Shown here piece by piece: positions 12,965 to 24,975 of a stretch of DNA of 64,000 bases. The stretch comes from Octopus sinensis. Lineage: Eukaryota. A program made the translations under genes and the position numbers. Position 1 is the stretch's first letter; every line of letters begins with the position of its first letter. The DNA is taken from positions 66,092,001 to 66,156,000 of the forward strand of contig NC_043007.1 in assembly GCF_006345805.1 (NCBI RefSeq), written 5' to 3'. Under the pieces are notes generated by a model. That model was not told the DNA's origin. It did not search any database and saw only the letters and a program-made list of their open reading frames with translations.

Positions 12965-13455
12965 GTATATATATATATATATATATATAAATAATACCAT
13001 TAGTGACCGCAAGCATAAAGCAGTATAGGCAAAATTAAAAATATATATAAAATTTAGAAATATATTTATATATTATATGGTAAAAGTAAGCATCTTCTTA
13101 GCTAAAGATAGCAGTCAAAAAGCTCCGAAGTCACAGGAGAATCACTAAATTAATACAGGGATGATAGGAAAAAATGTAAGTGAATAATAATTGCGTTTTA
13201 CCCCCGCAAATGTTGCAGAAAGAATGTCAGTTAATCTGATATCATGATTTTAAATTTAGTACCAAAGGCCCTCATTTACTCTCAGCCAGATCTACTAGTA
13301 ATAAGTACTAAGATTCACTACTATCATACCTGTAGTAGTTTGAGTGACCAAGCAACATTGAAACAAACAAACAATGCGAATTATATATATATATAAGAAC
13401 ATTAATATTCATGAAAATAATAACGTTAGTGGTCACAAGCATAAGAGCCGTAAGC

Positions 13456-13488
<33 letters not shown>

Positions 13489-13962
13489 GTATGTATATCA
13501 ATACATACACACATACATACATGCATACATACATACACACATACATTCATGCACATACAAAACTGTGCTTGCACAAGAGATTTTGTTTGTCTACATGCCA
13601 TAGCTTTACAATAAGCGCTAGTTTGTTTTTGACCCTGTAGAACAATTGAGTTCAATGGGAGCATGTGATATTTCACATGTCACCATCTATTTATAGTTCC
13701 AAAGACTCCAAATCTTGTTTCGGACTGGCCCTAGATTAGGAGGTTGGATGACCAAACTTCATCCCGTTGTCCCTAATTTTCTAGGCCAGTAACCAAATGG
13801 ATGATATCTGGGGTTATATAGGAATGCAGTGGTTTGTTTAGGGCAACGAGACATATCGTGTGCTGAAGCACGACTCACCTGGTGATATTTTCGTATACCC
13901 GCCGTAAGCATGTGCTTATCTGCAACATTTTCTCTATTTTTTTTTTGTCTCTGTAGTCGAAT

Positions 13963-14236
13963 ACATTCGCTTGCTTTCTCCCAAAAAGTTTAATGCACTC
14001 AGCTTAGATTTAGGGTGGGGCAGCCAGATTTGAGCAGTTTCAAGTGTAACCAGCCGAAACTGTAAGAATGATCTGGAAAGTTGACTGATGAGAGAAGACT
14101 GCGAATGATCCGTCCTTGTTTTTTTCTGTCTGTCTTTTTGTTGTTTTTCCTGTCTGTCTTTGTATCGTCTATCTACCCGGATGTTTTATTGTCGTCCGTT
14201 GCGTTCTTGCTCCTTATTTTGGGAATTATATATACA
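13963..14236. repeat. Copy 1 of a ~250-270-bp direct repeat
   Basis: ACATTCGCTTGCTTTCTCCCAAAA...CCGAAACTGTAAGAA...GAGAGAAG.CTGCGAAT...GATGTTTTATTGTC...TTGCGTTCTTG is shared with 14773-15015. Confidence 0.85.
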
Positions 14237-14772
14237 TATAATGGCGTACGTACACTGTTGCACACTTTGTAAGTATGTATCTAGATTCTGTACGATTCTT
14301 TTACTCTTTCTTTTAGTCTCCCTCATACTTTTTTCTTTCCTCTTTTCTTTTTCTCGCTCCCCCTCTCTCACATTTCTTGCCCTTCTGTTTTTTTAGTCTC
14401 CTTACTTTCCCTCCTCGTTTATGTCCCTTGTACCTTTCTCTATGTCCCTTTGATTTCCTCTCTTTCTCGTTATTCCCCCAATTCTTCAATCCCTCTGCCT
14501 CTACCGCTCTTCTTTCTTTCCAGGTGACCGGTGTTCGGTCAAGTATGAGCTTTCTTTCTTGGCTCGACTGCCGGCCTCGAAGCATCTCTTATATTCCTGT
14601 CACATGACTTTCATTGCTTATGTTCATCTCCTGTTTCTGCCTTAAGTCTTTCACTCTACACACGCCAGCTCAACTTGATTCGTCTTCATTCGTCTTCATT
14701 GTTATTTTCCTGTTGTTTATATTTGTAATTGTGTAACAGTTTCCCCATTTATTTTTGTCTTTGTTCTCGTGC

Positions 14773-15015
14773 ACATTCGCTTGCTTTCTCCCAAAACATT
14801 TAATGCTCTTAGCTTGGGTTTTGGGGGCCAGCCAACGATATCATCAAATCAAGTTAACCGGCCGAAACTGTAAGAACGATCTAGAAACTTGACTAATGAG
14901 AGAAGGCTGCGAATAACCCGTCCTTGTTTTTTCCTGTCTGTCTTTGTATCTATCCTGATGTTTTATTGTCATCTGTTGCGTTCTTGTTCCATTTTTTTGG
15001 ATTTTATATATATAC
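14773..15015. repeat. Copy 2 of a ~250-270-bp direct repeat
   Basis: Aligns by eye with 13963-14236, starting 810 bp downstream. Confidence 0.85.
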
Positions 15016-15059
15016 ACACACACGTACATGAGTGTATAAAATTCCTTCTGTTGTAAGCA

Positions 15060-15400
15060 CAATGCCTGAAATTTTGGGAAGAGGGCTAGTTGATGAAATC
15101 GAACCCAGTACTCGATTTGTGCTTATTTTATCGACCCTGCAAGGATGAAATATAAAGTTGACACGTTACCATATGTGCCACATTTTAAATTTAGGAAAGC
15201 GATCAACAAGTTATTTTTTTTTTAGTTTGGGTAAGTTGATTTCATCTACCCCAGTGTTGAACTGATATTTATTTTATCGACTCTGAAAGAATAAACGGCA
15301 ATGTCGACTGCGGCAGAATTTGAACTCGGAACGTAAAAGGGCCGAAAAAATGCTGCTAATAATTTTATCTCATTCGCTGACGATTCTACCAGCTCACTGC
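15060..15400 (-). mobile_element. Two partial SINE family A copies
   Basis: TTATTTTATCGACCCTGCAAGGATGAAA and TTTATCGACTCTGAAAGAATAAACGGCAATGTCGAC...GAATTTGAACTC...GATTCTACCAGCTC. Confidence 0.7.
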
Positions 15401-15874
15401 CTCTGTGTGTGTATGTATGTGTGTGCGCGCGCACGCGTGTGTGTGCGTGTGTGTTGTGTGTTTGAAACCAGATCAGTTAAAGTTTATTTCATGCAACTGT
15501 TTTAAATAGAGTTAATTGCTTGACTTTTCTTAATCATAAGCGACCCATATGCATGTATATATTTGTGAAGGTTATAATATTATAGAATGATTTAAAATGT
15601 AATTTAAAATAAAATAAAATAAAATAAAATGTCTAATTTATTGTCATTTATTATATGTACAAATAATTCAATGGTTTTTAGCCATCTCTATCCATTAGCA
15701 GTTCTGTATATATGCAGGTGTTCTGCTTTATAAAGTAATGTGTCGTATCAAATATGTAATAAATCAGAAAGAAACGGGTTTATCTTGCCCTTTGTGTATC
15801 ACATCTTAAGTATGAGGATGTAGAATGGACAACAGGAGAAGGGCGAGGCAATAAAATTGAAAAAGGGGGAGAAT

Positions 15875-15986
15875 TATGTATGTATGTATGTATGTATGTA
15901 TGTATGTATGTATGTATGTATGTATATATGTATGCATGTATGTATGTATATATGTATGTATGTATGTATACATATATGTATGTATG

Positions 15987-16017
<31 letters not shown>

Positions 16018-16185
16018 ATGTATATATATACACACACACACACATATATATATTATATATATATATACATGCATATGCATACACATATACATGCATCCAC
16101 ACACACACACTCATATATCCATTTATGCACAAGAAGAAGAAGAAGAAGAAGAAGAAGAAGAAGAAGAAGAAGAAGAAGAAGAAAT
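15875..16185. repeat. (TATG)n/(TA)n/(CA)n/(GAA)n microsatellite block
   Basis: Direct reading. Confidence 0.95.
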
Positions 16186-16582
16186 CCAAACAAAGAGGTT
16201 GGAGCAATATTTTTTTAGTATCAAATTTGAGACAAAAATTAAGAGACAAATCAGAGAAATCAGAGAAAAACAAGGCAAAAACAAAATAAGGTGTAAAGGT
16301 GATAAAAATGAATAATTATGGAAAATAAGAAAATGGAAACAGTTTAAAAGAAAAACTAAAGCTTACAGAGGAATAGAAGGAAGTAAACGAGAGGAAAGAC
16401 TATAAAAGAGAAATGAGAAACGAGGGAGAGGAAACAAAAGGGAGTGACATTGAATAATTTAGTTCATGGAGAAGAATGAAAACGGTTAGAACTTTAAGTA
16501 GAAATATAGGAAAATAAGTAGAAAAGAACTTTAAATTGACAGATGCATTTCCATACCATTATGTTTATAACTTCGTTATTAT

Positions 16583-17361
16583 CAGCGATCTGGTAGAAAC
16601 ATTTGAATGCCGGACCACATGCATAGTAGTATTTCGTCCGTCTTTATGGTCTTTGTTCAAATTCTGCCGAGGCTGACTTTGCCTTTCATCCTTCCAGCGT
16701 CGATAAAATAAGTACCAGTTCAGTACTGGGGTTGATCTAATCGACTTACCCCTTCCACAAAAATTGGTGGCCTTGCTCCAAAATTTGAAACTATTATTAT
16801 CAGCTATCTGGCAGAATCGTTTGCAGGCCAGATCAAATGCTTAGCGGCATTTGATCCGTCTTTACGTTCTGAGTTCAAATTCCACTTGAGGTCGGCTTTG
16901 CCTTTCATCCCTTCGGAATCGATGAAATAAGTACGAGTTGAACACTGGGGCCGATATAATCGACTAGACCCCGCCAACAAACTTTCAGGCCTTGTGCCTA
17001 TAATAGAAAGGGTTATCAGCGAGCTTGCAGAACTGTTAGTACGCTGGACCAAATGCATAGCAGTACTCGTTCGTCTTTATGTTCTGGTTTCAAATTCTGC
17101 CCAGGTCCGTTTTGCTTATCATCTTTTCGGAGTCAATGAAATAAGTACCAGTTGAACACTGAGGTTGATACAAATGACTAGCCCTCTTCCACCAAATTTC
17201 AGACCGTGTGTCTATTATGAAAAATATATATTATTCTTACGATGAAATTAAGACGGTAAGCTGGCAGAGTTATTAGCGCGCCAGAATACACTGCTAAGCA
17301 GCCATTTCTGCCGTCTTTACTATAATAATAATAATTATTATTATTATTATTATTATTATTA

Positions 17362-17392
<31 letters not shown>

Positions 17393-17888
17393 CATCATCA
17401 TTATTATTATTATTATCATCATCATCATCATCATCATTATTATTATCATTATTATTATCATTATTATTATCATCATCATCATCATCATCATCATTATTAT
17501 TACTATTATAAAGGCAGCGAGCTGGCAGAAACGTTGGCACGCCGGGCGAAGTACTTAGCGGTATTTCGTCTGCCGCTACGTTCTGAGTTTAAATTCCGCC
17601 GAGGTCGACTTTGCTTTTCATTCTTTCAGGGTCAATAAATTAAGGACCAGTTACGCACTGGGGTCGATATAATCGACTTAACCCGTTTGTCTGACCTTGT
17701 TTGTCCTCTCTGTGTTTAGCCCCTTGTGGGTAGTAAAGAAATAAGTATTTCGTCTGTCGCTACATCCTGAATTCTAATTCTGCCAAGGTCGACTTTGCCT
17801 TTCATACTTTCGGGGTCAATAGAATAAGTACTAGTTGAGTACTGGAGTCGATGTAATCGATTTCCACCTCTCCCCAAAATTTCAGGGC
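16583..17888 (+). mobile_element. Head-to-tail cluster of SINE family A copies (three monomers, a head, a microsatellite, then an internal dimer)
   Basis: Heads near 16583, 16801, 17017, 17253 and 17513. (TTA/TCA)n at 17323-17508. Internal body repeat starts at 17561 and 17745. Confidence 0.85.
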
Positions 17889-17889
17889 C

Positions 17890-18694
17890 CTCTCCTCATT
17901 GACAACAAGCTTCGTATTTCTCACATCAAATCGTCATAGTTGTTTATTTTTTCTTCTGCTTTCGCATTGATCCTGTTGTCACCAGGGCATGCTATGTCGA
18001 TTATCGTACATATTCTTTGTTTTTCATTCACCACAACAATATCCGGTTTCCGATGTCTGGTCAGGTGATCGCACTGGATCATTGCACCCCACAAGATTTT
18101 GCAATTCTCATTTTCGGTGACTCCTTCTGGAGTTTGCTCACACCACGTCTTTGCTCTTGGTAGGTCGTGGCTTCCACAGAGCTCCCAATGGATCATTCTT
18201 GCCATATTATCATGGTGCCTTTTGTATTTGCATTGTGTCAATTTCGGCTATTTACTAACGATGTGCCATACCGTTTCACCCCTCTCACCACACATTCTGC
18301 ATTTGTCGCTATCGGTAGTGTTGTCTATTCTGCACTTCATATAGTTGGTCCAAAACGTTTGTTCCTGTGCTTGGCATATGAGCGTTTCTGTCTATATCTT
18401 CAGGTCACTCCTCTTAATCCATAGCCACCGGTCCTCTGCATATCTTGACATTCACATCTCTGGCAAACTGACCGTACATTTTCTTTTCTTTCCATGCTTT
18501 TTCTTTTGTTTATTTCCTTGTTTAAATTTTCTTTACACAATTTTCAGTTTTGATGACACTGGCCTTCATGTGTTTCAACAGTGGCTACATGGCATTTTTT
18601 ATATACCCAGGCTATTTTCCTCTGCATCGATACAGTCCTCGAAACTCATTAAATCTCTCCCATCCTTTCTTCTGGACAGGTACAGCCTGTCAAC
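17890..18694 (-). mobile_element. R4/Dong-like non-LTR retrotransposon fragment (zinc knuckle plus restriction-like endonuclease)
   Basis: VDRLYLSR..., CRMCGERGETVWHIVS (CCHC-like), YKRHHDNMARMIHWELC, NCKILW..IQCDH...KPDIVVV...IIDIACPGDNRI..K.EEKI..YDDL (PD-(D/E)XK endonuclease). Confidence 0.85.
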
Positions 18695-18815
18695 TGTTAC
18701 TTATTTCCTCTACTCCGAAACAATGGAAAGCAAATTTGAACTCAGAACGTAAAGACGGATGAAATGTCGGCAAGCATTACATCCGGTGTGCTAATGATTC
18801 TGCCAGCCCGTTGAT
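18695..18815 (-). mobile_element. SINE family A head and body lacking its tail (inside the inferred inversion)
   Basis: Minus strand: GGGCTGGCAGAATCATTAGCAC...GAGTTCAAATT...AAATAAGTAACAGTTGA, joined directly to the R4-like ORF. Confidence 0.75.
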
Positions 18816-18816
18816 G

Positions 18817-18867
<51 letters not shown>

Positions 18868-18882
18868 GTAGTAATAATAATA

Positions 18883-18955
<73 letters not shown>

Positions 18956-19018
18956 AAGAAGAAGAAGAAGAAGAAGAAGAAGAAGAAGAAGAAGAAGAAG
19001 AAGAAGAAGAAGAAGAAG

Positions 19019-19047
<29 letters not shown>
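18815..19047. repeat. (TAA)n then (GAA)n microsatellite
   Basis: Direct reading. Confidence 0.95.
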
Positions 19048-19049
<2 letters not shown>

Positions 19050-19119
19050 GAAGAAAACGGATACCAAGACCAGAAACATGTTGACAGTACACGGTGACTT
19101 CTACCCTAAGAATGACATC
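19042..19119 (+). mobile_element. Inverted upstream piece of the R4/Dong-like ORF
   Basis: Translates EEVKKTDTKTRNMLTVHGDFYPKNDI, matching the ELKxLDRKTRKxxTxHGxxHPKSDV motif that normally precedes DRLYLxR. Confidence 0.7.
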
Positions 19120-19535
19120 TGCTGGCCTTGTGACAAAATTTGAAACCATTATGGTTATAATAAAATATGTGGTGATCTGGCAGACCTGCTAGCACACCAG
19201 ACAAAATGCTTAGCAGGATTTCTTCCGGTTTGCGTTCGGAGTTCAAATTCCACCGGTGTTTTCTTTGCCTTTCTTCCTTTCGTGGTCGATAAAATGAAGT
19301 ATCAGTAAAGTACTTCGGTCTATATGTAAACGACTACCCATCGCCACCAAGTTTCAGGCCTTGCGCCTATAGTAGAAAGGATTATTATTAAAAATCTTTA
19401 TTATGGTTATTATTATTAAAGGCAACAAGCTGGCGGAATCGTTACAGCACCGAACAGTATGCTTAACGACACTTCGTCTGACACTACGTAGTGAGTTCAA
19501 ATTTCGCCGAGATCGTCTATGCTTTACACCCTAGT
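19120..19535 (+). mobile_element. SINE family A orphan tail, one monomer and one partial copy
   Basis: TGCTGGCCTTGTGACAAAATTTGAAACC at 19120; heads near 19171 and 19420. Confidence 0.7.
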
Positions 19536-20134
19536 AGAGCGCCGCGGCGGAAGCGGTGATGTTGGTGGAAGGTGGTGGTGGTTGGGGGTAGTAGTAGTGG
19601 TGGTGGAGATGTTGTTGAATTGAAAGGTGTGCGAAATTGATATGTGCATTGGCTCTGACCCATCGTCTTGACCTATATGTTACCAACGATGTGGTTTTCA
19701 GAATATGCTATGCTGCATTAAATTTTTACTCCAGTAAATTTGTGACCTTTGCATGTTACTTCTAAAATAATTAGTTTTACTATAATTTTTTTTGTTTTTT
19801 AGGTGTTGGATTGTGACCAGGTAAATTTTTAAATACAAACTTCTTTTGTTAATGAAGAAAATGGAAAAATAGGAGTGAATATTTTATTCTATGAGTTCTA
19901 AGTATTAATTCTATAAAATTGTGCATGAAGTATATAAAGTGTATATATAAAATGCACTACGTAATCATCGTATTCCAATTTTTTACAATTTTCAATGAAT
20001 AGCAGACGAGCGACTATCTTTTGTTGCATACACAAGAGCGGCTACTCTTTCAGTTTTTTAAGGTTTTCAGAAATAACCCAATAAGTTTACCTTTATATCC
20101 GTGAAATATTCACAGGTCCTGCTTGTTATTATTA

Positions 20135-20340
20135 AGGCGACGAGCAGGCACAACCGTTGCACGCCGTGCGAAGTGCTTAGTGAAATTTCGTCTGTCGCTA
20201 CGTTCAGAGTTCAAATTCCACCGCGTTTGACTTTGCCTTTCATCCTTTCTGGGTCGATGAAATAAGTACCAGATACGCATTGGGATCGATTTTATCAACT
20301 TATCCCCTCCCCCAAAAATTTCAGGCCTTGTGCTTATTCG
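20135..20340 (+). mobile_element. SINE family A copy
   Basis: GGCGACGAGCAGGCACAACCGTTGCAC...GAGTTCAAATTCC...TTGCCTTTCATCCTTTCTGGGTCGATG. Confidence 0.8.
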
Positions 20341-21012
20341 AGATAAATTTACAGGCACAGAAGTGCTGTCAGCTGAGCATGTCCGAGATGCACGCAGGAC
20401 GACAAGTGCCCGAGCACTGCTGTCGCGTGTAGGACGGATCCGGCTGTCAAATGAATTCATCGTGAGGATCGCCTCACCGCCTCCCTTTAATCGGGAAGGA
20501 AAGGCTGTATTTATATGCCTGGCGGTCATGGCGAAAGAGGTTGTATGGTAGACAAGATTGAAGAGGCTGAAGACAAACACTTTTGTCTTCGGCCAATCTC
20601 TGATCAACTTGTTCAAGTTTCACTTGAAAAGGAGAATAAGGGCAGAGAGGGAAGTGTTGTCTTCTGGTCAGTTTGCTGAAAGGTGGATGAAAGTGGCGAG
20701 AATGGTGCGAGTGAACGGGCATGCCCTGAGCATATGCCTGAAGGTGAGAAAAGAAGGAAAGCAAAAGGGCATCTGCCCCCAAAGTCAGGGTACCCATGTA
20801 TTTTTATGGGATTTTTCCATGAGCAGCCCTCGAACGTCTCCCCACTATTGAAGATTACACATTGTTGATTTCTTTCTTTCTTTTTTATAATTTTGTTTTT
20901 TTACACGCAAAAACCTCAAAACACACTCACACACACACACATTCTTTATTTTGTCCTGTACTGTCCATAATGTTTTTCTTAATGTAAGCGCTTGTGGTTA
21001 ATAAAGAAAACC

Positions 21013-21015
<3 letters not shown>
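20340..21015 (+). mobile_element. 5'-truncated Tx1/L1-like LINE 3' end (copy 1)
   Basis: Colinear with 23278-23965. AATAAA at 21000-21005, followed by (TTA)n to about 21087. Confidence 0.85.
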
Positions 21016-21073
<58 letters not shown>

Positions 21074-21087
21074 CATTATTATTATTG

Positions 21088-23965
21088 TCGAGTTAGAGTG
21101 TCTTTATTAACAGGGACCCGATTACTGGAAGCTAAACACGTCGTTGCCGTCGCGTAACGATTTCAGTGGCCAGATTAGTGAACTAAATAAGAGGATGTTG
21201 ACGGGGGCAATGATCAACAATAAATGGTGGTTTGCCGTGATAAGGGCGATTAGAATAGAATCGATAAGGTTTAGCAAAGGACTAGAAATAGAAAAAAACA
21301 GAGTAGAGACAAAACTAATCAGGAAGTTATACGCAGCGAGATTGGCACTCGAACGATTCTTCAACGCGAAACACGAAGGTTACGTTGTCAGAGCTAAGGC
21401 ACGAACACCTAAACATGAAGGAACGAAGGAACGAAAGCTGTTCAATGGGCCCGAGTGGCAGAGGCACGGCGTAGCAATAAATCCACGAACTGATCCTTGC
21501 TGGGCCACGAATAGTAAATGATAACTGATCTGTGACAGATGTGTGTTGTCTTTCAGCGGCGCTTTGCTTACCTGTTCGTGACAGTGGTAAGCCGGATCAC
21601 AGGATGGATTTCACGTCCTACCTAGACGGGCTGCTGCGGCTTTCGGCGACGGAGGCAGAGCGCTGCGAAAGGCCGATAACAGCCTTTGAAATATTTGAAG
21701 TAATGGCTAGCTGTACAAGGGGTAAGTCGCCTGGATTGGATGGTCTGCTCTACGAGCTTTATGCTTACATGCAAGGTTTGTTCGGTGAACTCTTAGCAAA
21801 CATTTGATGCAACTGGCAACAAAATGGGAGAATTCGCAGTTTTGTGAGCCGAGAAGCGATGGGGTTGCTGAGAAAAGACCCAAACAAGGGCATTGTATTG
21901 ACAACTTTAGGTCCATAACTCTGCTGAATGCAGAGTTCAAAATTTTGACCAAAGTGTTAGCTACAAAGTTGGCGCATGTCGTCGGGGATTTGGTAGGAGA
22001 GGCATAGACATGTGCCATCCATAAAAGATCCGTCCACGACAACCTCCACCTCATGCGATACATCATTTAGAAAGTGGCTAAAGAACCTGGGGCCTCGATC
22101 AATTTAGATAAGTCTAAAGTTTTCGATAGGGTCGACTATCTATACCTAGCAGTGGTTCTTAGGCCAGATAGTTTTGGGCCTTATTCAGGGGCTGGATCGC
22201 TGCAGTGCACATTGACATCTGTTCAGTGGTCAGAGTCAACTGTCAGGTCTCAGAGCCGTTCAACGTCATGCGCTCAGTCCGGCAAGGTTTCTCCCTCTTG
22301 TCTCTCTTGTACGTGCTGACTCCCGAGCACCTACTACACAAACTGGAGACGTTGAGAGGCATCCCGTGTGATCTAGGATGTGGGAGATGCATGTCGGCAT
22401 ATGCCGATGACATCACCGTAGTGGTGTCGGGTCATTATCACATAGAAATGATCAGTATTGCTCTCAGGGACTATGAGGCGGTTTCAGGAACAACAATTTA
22501 CCAGGAAAAATCAGTGAGCGTGTGACTCGGCACATGGAGAAGCAAATCCATGCTGTCCAACTGAGTCGTTGGTCGCTGGACGGACAGACCGATTAAATTG
22601 CTCGGGGTCTGGTTCAGCCCGGACCCCCATATGGACAAAAACTGGGACGAAGTAACGAGCAGGGTGACTACTCTCACCCAGATATGGTCTGAGAGAAAGC
22701 TATCCCTGGATGGTCGGGCAGAGGTGGCTAACGAGTATATCGCGTCTGTCATCAACTATCGCTTGACTGTCCTGGCCACCGTTTGATTACACTGGAGCGT
22801 ATACTCTTTCGCTTCTTGTGGAAGGGACGTGTTCCGATGGCCAGGCGGTATATATGCTATCAGCACCCGCTGCATGGTGACCTAGGCATGCCGTGGTTGA
22901 CGTTGTGCAGACATGCGCTGAGGCTACGACATCTCCAGTGCTTTTCTGACGATGAACAGGCGTGGCCGCTCGCCAGACATGTATTTCTGCAACTAGTTTC
23001 TTTAACAGAGACCGGGGGGGGGGTGCATTTGGAAAGTGGATTGTCTTCAAGCGCTTACAGCCCTCAGCCAATCGGGCAGTGCGATAGGTGGAACGTCAAC
23101 TTTAGCTTTTTATAGAGGATTAGTGGAGGAAAAGTGCGACGATGTTCTTGGGGCGACCTTGAGCGTCGAAGAAGATCAGCTAGTTGCTCTGTTCCGGAGA
23201 GCTTTCGGGCCAGGACCAATGAATAATTTCCAAAAATCTTTGGCCTGGCAGGGCTACGGGAGAGCTTTGCCTGTTTGAAATAAACTTTACAGGCACCGAA
23301 GTGCCATCAGCCGATCATGTCCGAGATGCGCGCAGGACGACGAGATGGTTCTGCATGCACTCGTCCAATGCCCGAGCATTGCTGACCTGTGGGCTTAAGC
23401 CAAACACCTGCTGTCGCGTGTGGGACGGATCCGCCTGTCAAATGAATCCATCGTGAAGACCGCCTCACCGCCTTCCTTTTACCGAAGAGGAAAGGCTGTG
23501 TTTATATACCTAGTGGCCATGGCTAAAGGGGTTGTGTGGTGAACAAAATTGAAGGGGCTTCGGTCAATCTCTGACCAACTTCTTCAAGCTTCACTTGAAA
23601 AGGAGAATAAGGGTAGAGAGGGAAGTGTTGTCTTCTAGCTAGTTTGTTGAAAGGTGGATGAAAGTGGCGAGTAATTGGGCCTGCCCTGTGCATACGCCTG
23701 AAGGTGAAAAAAGAAGGAAAGGAAAAAAGACACCTTCCCCAAATGTCAGGGTACCCATGTATTTTTATGGGATTTTTCCATGAGCAGCCCTCAAGCGTCT
23801 CCTCCCTATTGAGGATTATACATTGTTGATTTCTTTCTTCCCTTTTTTGAAAAAAATTATTGCTCTTGTTTACGCGCAAAATCCTCACAACAACACTCAC
23901 ACACATTCTTTGTTTTGTACTGTATTGTCCATATTGTTTTTCTTAATGTAAACCCTTGAGTTGGA
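21088..23965 (+). mobile_element. Decayed Tx1/L1-like LINE (end of endonuclease, RT, CCHC knuckle, 3' UTR)
   Basis: PDYWKLNT, RGKSPGLDGLLYELY, NFRSITLLNAEFKILTKVLA, INLDKSKVFDRVD, VRQGFSLLSLLY, YADDITV, LGVWF, RKLSLDGRAEVAN, FRFLWKG, CPRCAQDDEMVLHALVQC. Multiple stops and frameshifts. Confidence 0.9.
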
Positions 23966-24779
23966 AATATTGAAAGCGATTCTATGATGAACAATCGTCA
24001 AGCATAATAGAAAGTGTTTGTTGGTTTGGGTGTGTGTGCATGTGTGCGTGCGTGTGCGTGTGCGTTTGTATGTGTGTGATAGTGTATGTGTATGTGATTT
24101 CTATCACACAATTATCAAGAATGGGCAATTAAAAACATTGAGAAAAGGAAAGAGAGAAACATTTTTTACATTAGCGAAAGAGATGCTAAATTATCATCGG
24201 ACATGAGAAGGATCTTTCAACATTTATCTGTTTCGTTTATTTTATTTTATTGTTTTTATTTTTAATATTATAATGACGATGATGATGATTTTGGTGGTGA
24301 TGACGAAGACGATGACGATGATTGTGATACCTTCATGTCAATGTCCTCTAGCGGTCAGTTCGACCTTAGCCCTAAGTAACAGATAAGATCAACTTCCCTC
24401 AACGAACGGCTGACAAGTATCAATGGATGAAAGCTCTCTTGTCGCTAGGAGCGGTTGATGAGTTCCACACACACAAACACACACGCACACGCACGCACAC
24501 ACACACACACACACACACATATGTATATATATACATATATACATATGAACATATGAACATTAACTGCTGACGGCGCACACAATTCCAGCAAATGTATGTT
24601 GAATGATTTGCAAACGCAAGCAACAAGAGAAGCCGCAACAATCATTTAAGTATTCCATGAGGAGTTTTCAATAGGAACCTGACAGAAGATTTCATCGTCA
24701 TTCGCAAAACAATTATTGGGGTTTATTGATCTGTAAAAGCAGCGTTAAACTGTATTATTGTTATTATTATATTATTCTT

Positions 24780-24975
24780 AAGGCGGCGAGCTGGCAGAAT
24801 CGTAAGCACGCCGGACGAAATTCTTAGCGGAATTTCGTTCTGAGTTCGAATTGCACCGATCTCGACTTTGCCTTTCATCCTTTCGAGGCCGATAACATAA
24901 GTACCAGCTGAGTACTGGGGTATGTAATCCACTTCCCCTTCTCCCAAATTTCAGTCCTTGCGCTTATAGTAGAAA
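24780..24975 (+). mobile_element. SINE family A copy
   Basis: AGGCGGCGAGCTGGCAGAATCGTAAGCACG...GAGTTCGAATT...TTGCCTTTCATCC. Confidence 0.85.

Noticed and set aside
14050-14120. CTGATGAG near CCGAAAC as a possible hammerhead
   Set aside because: Box order and stems do not fit any topology: GAAT instead of GAAA, no stem I or III, and the second copy has CTAATGA.
17890-19119. Twin-priming 5' inversion or a SINE-LINE template-switch chimera as the explanation of the split R4 ORF
   Set aside because: A single later inversion also explains the orphan SINE tail at 19120, so it is more parsimonious.
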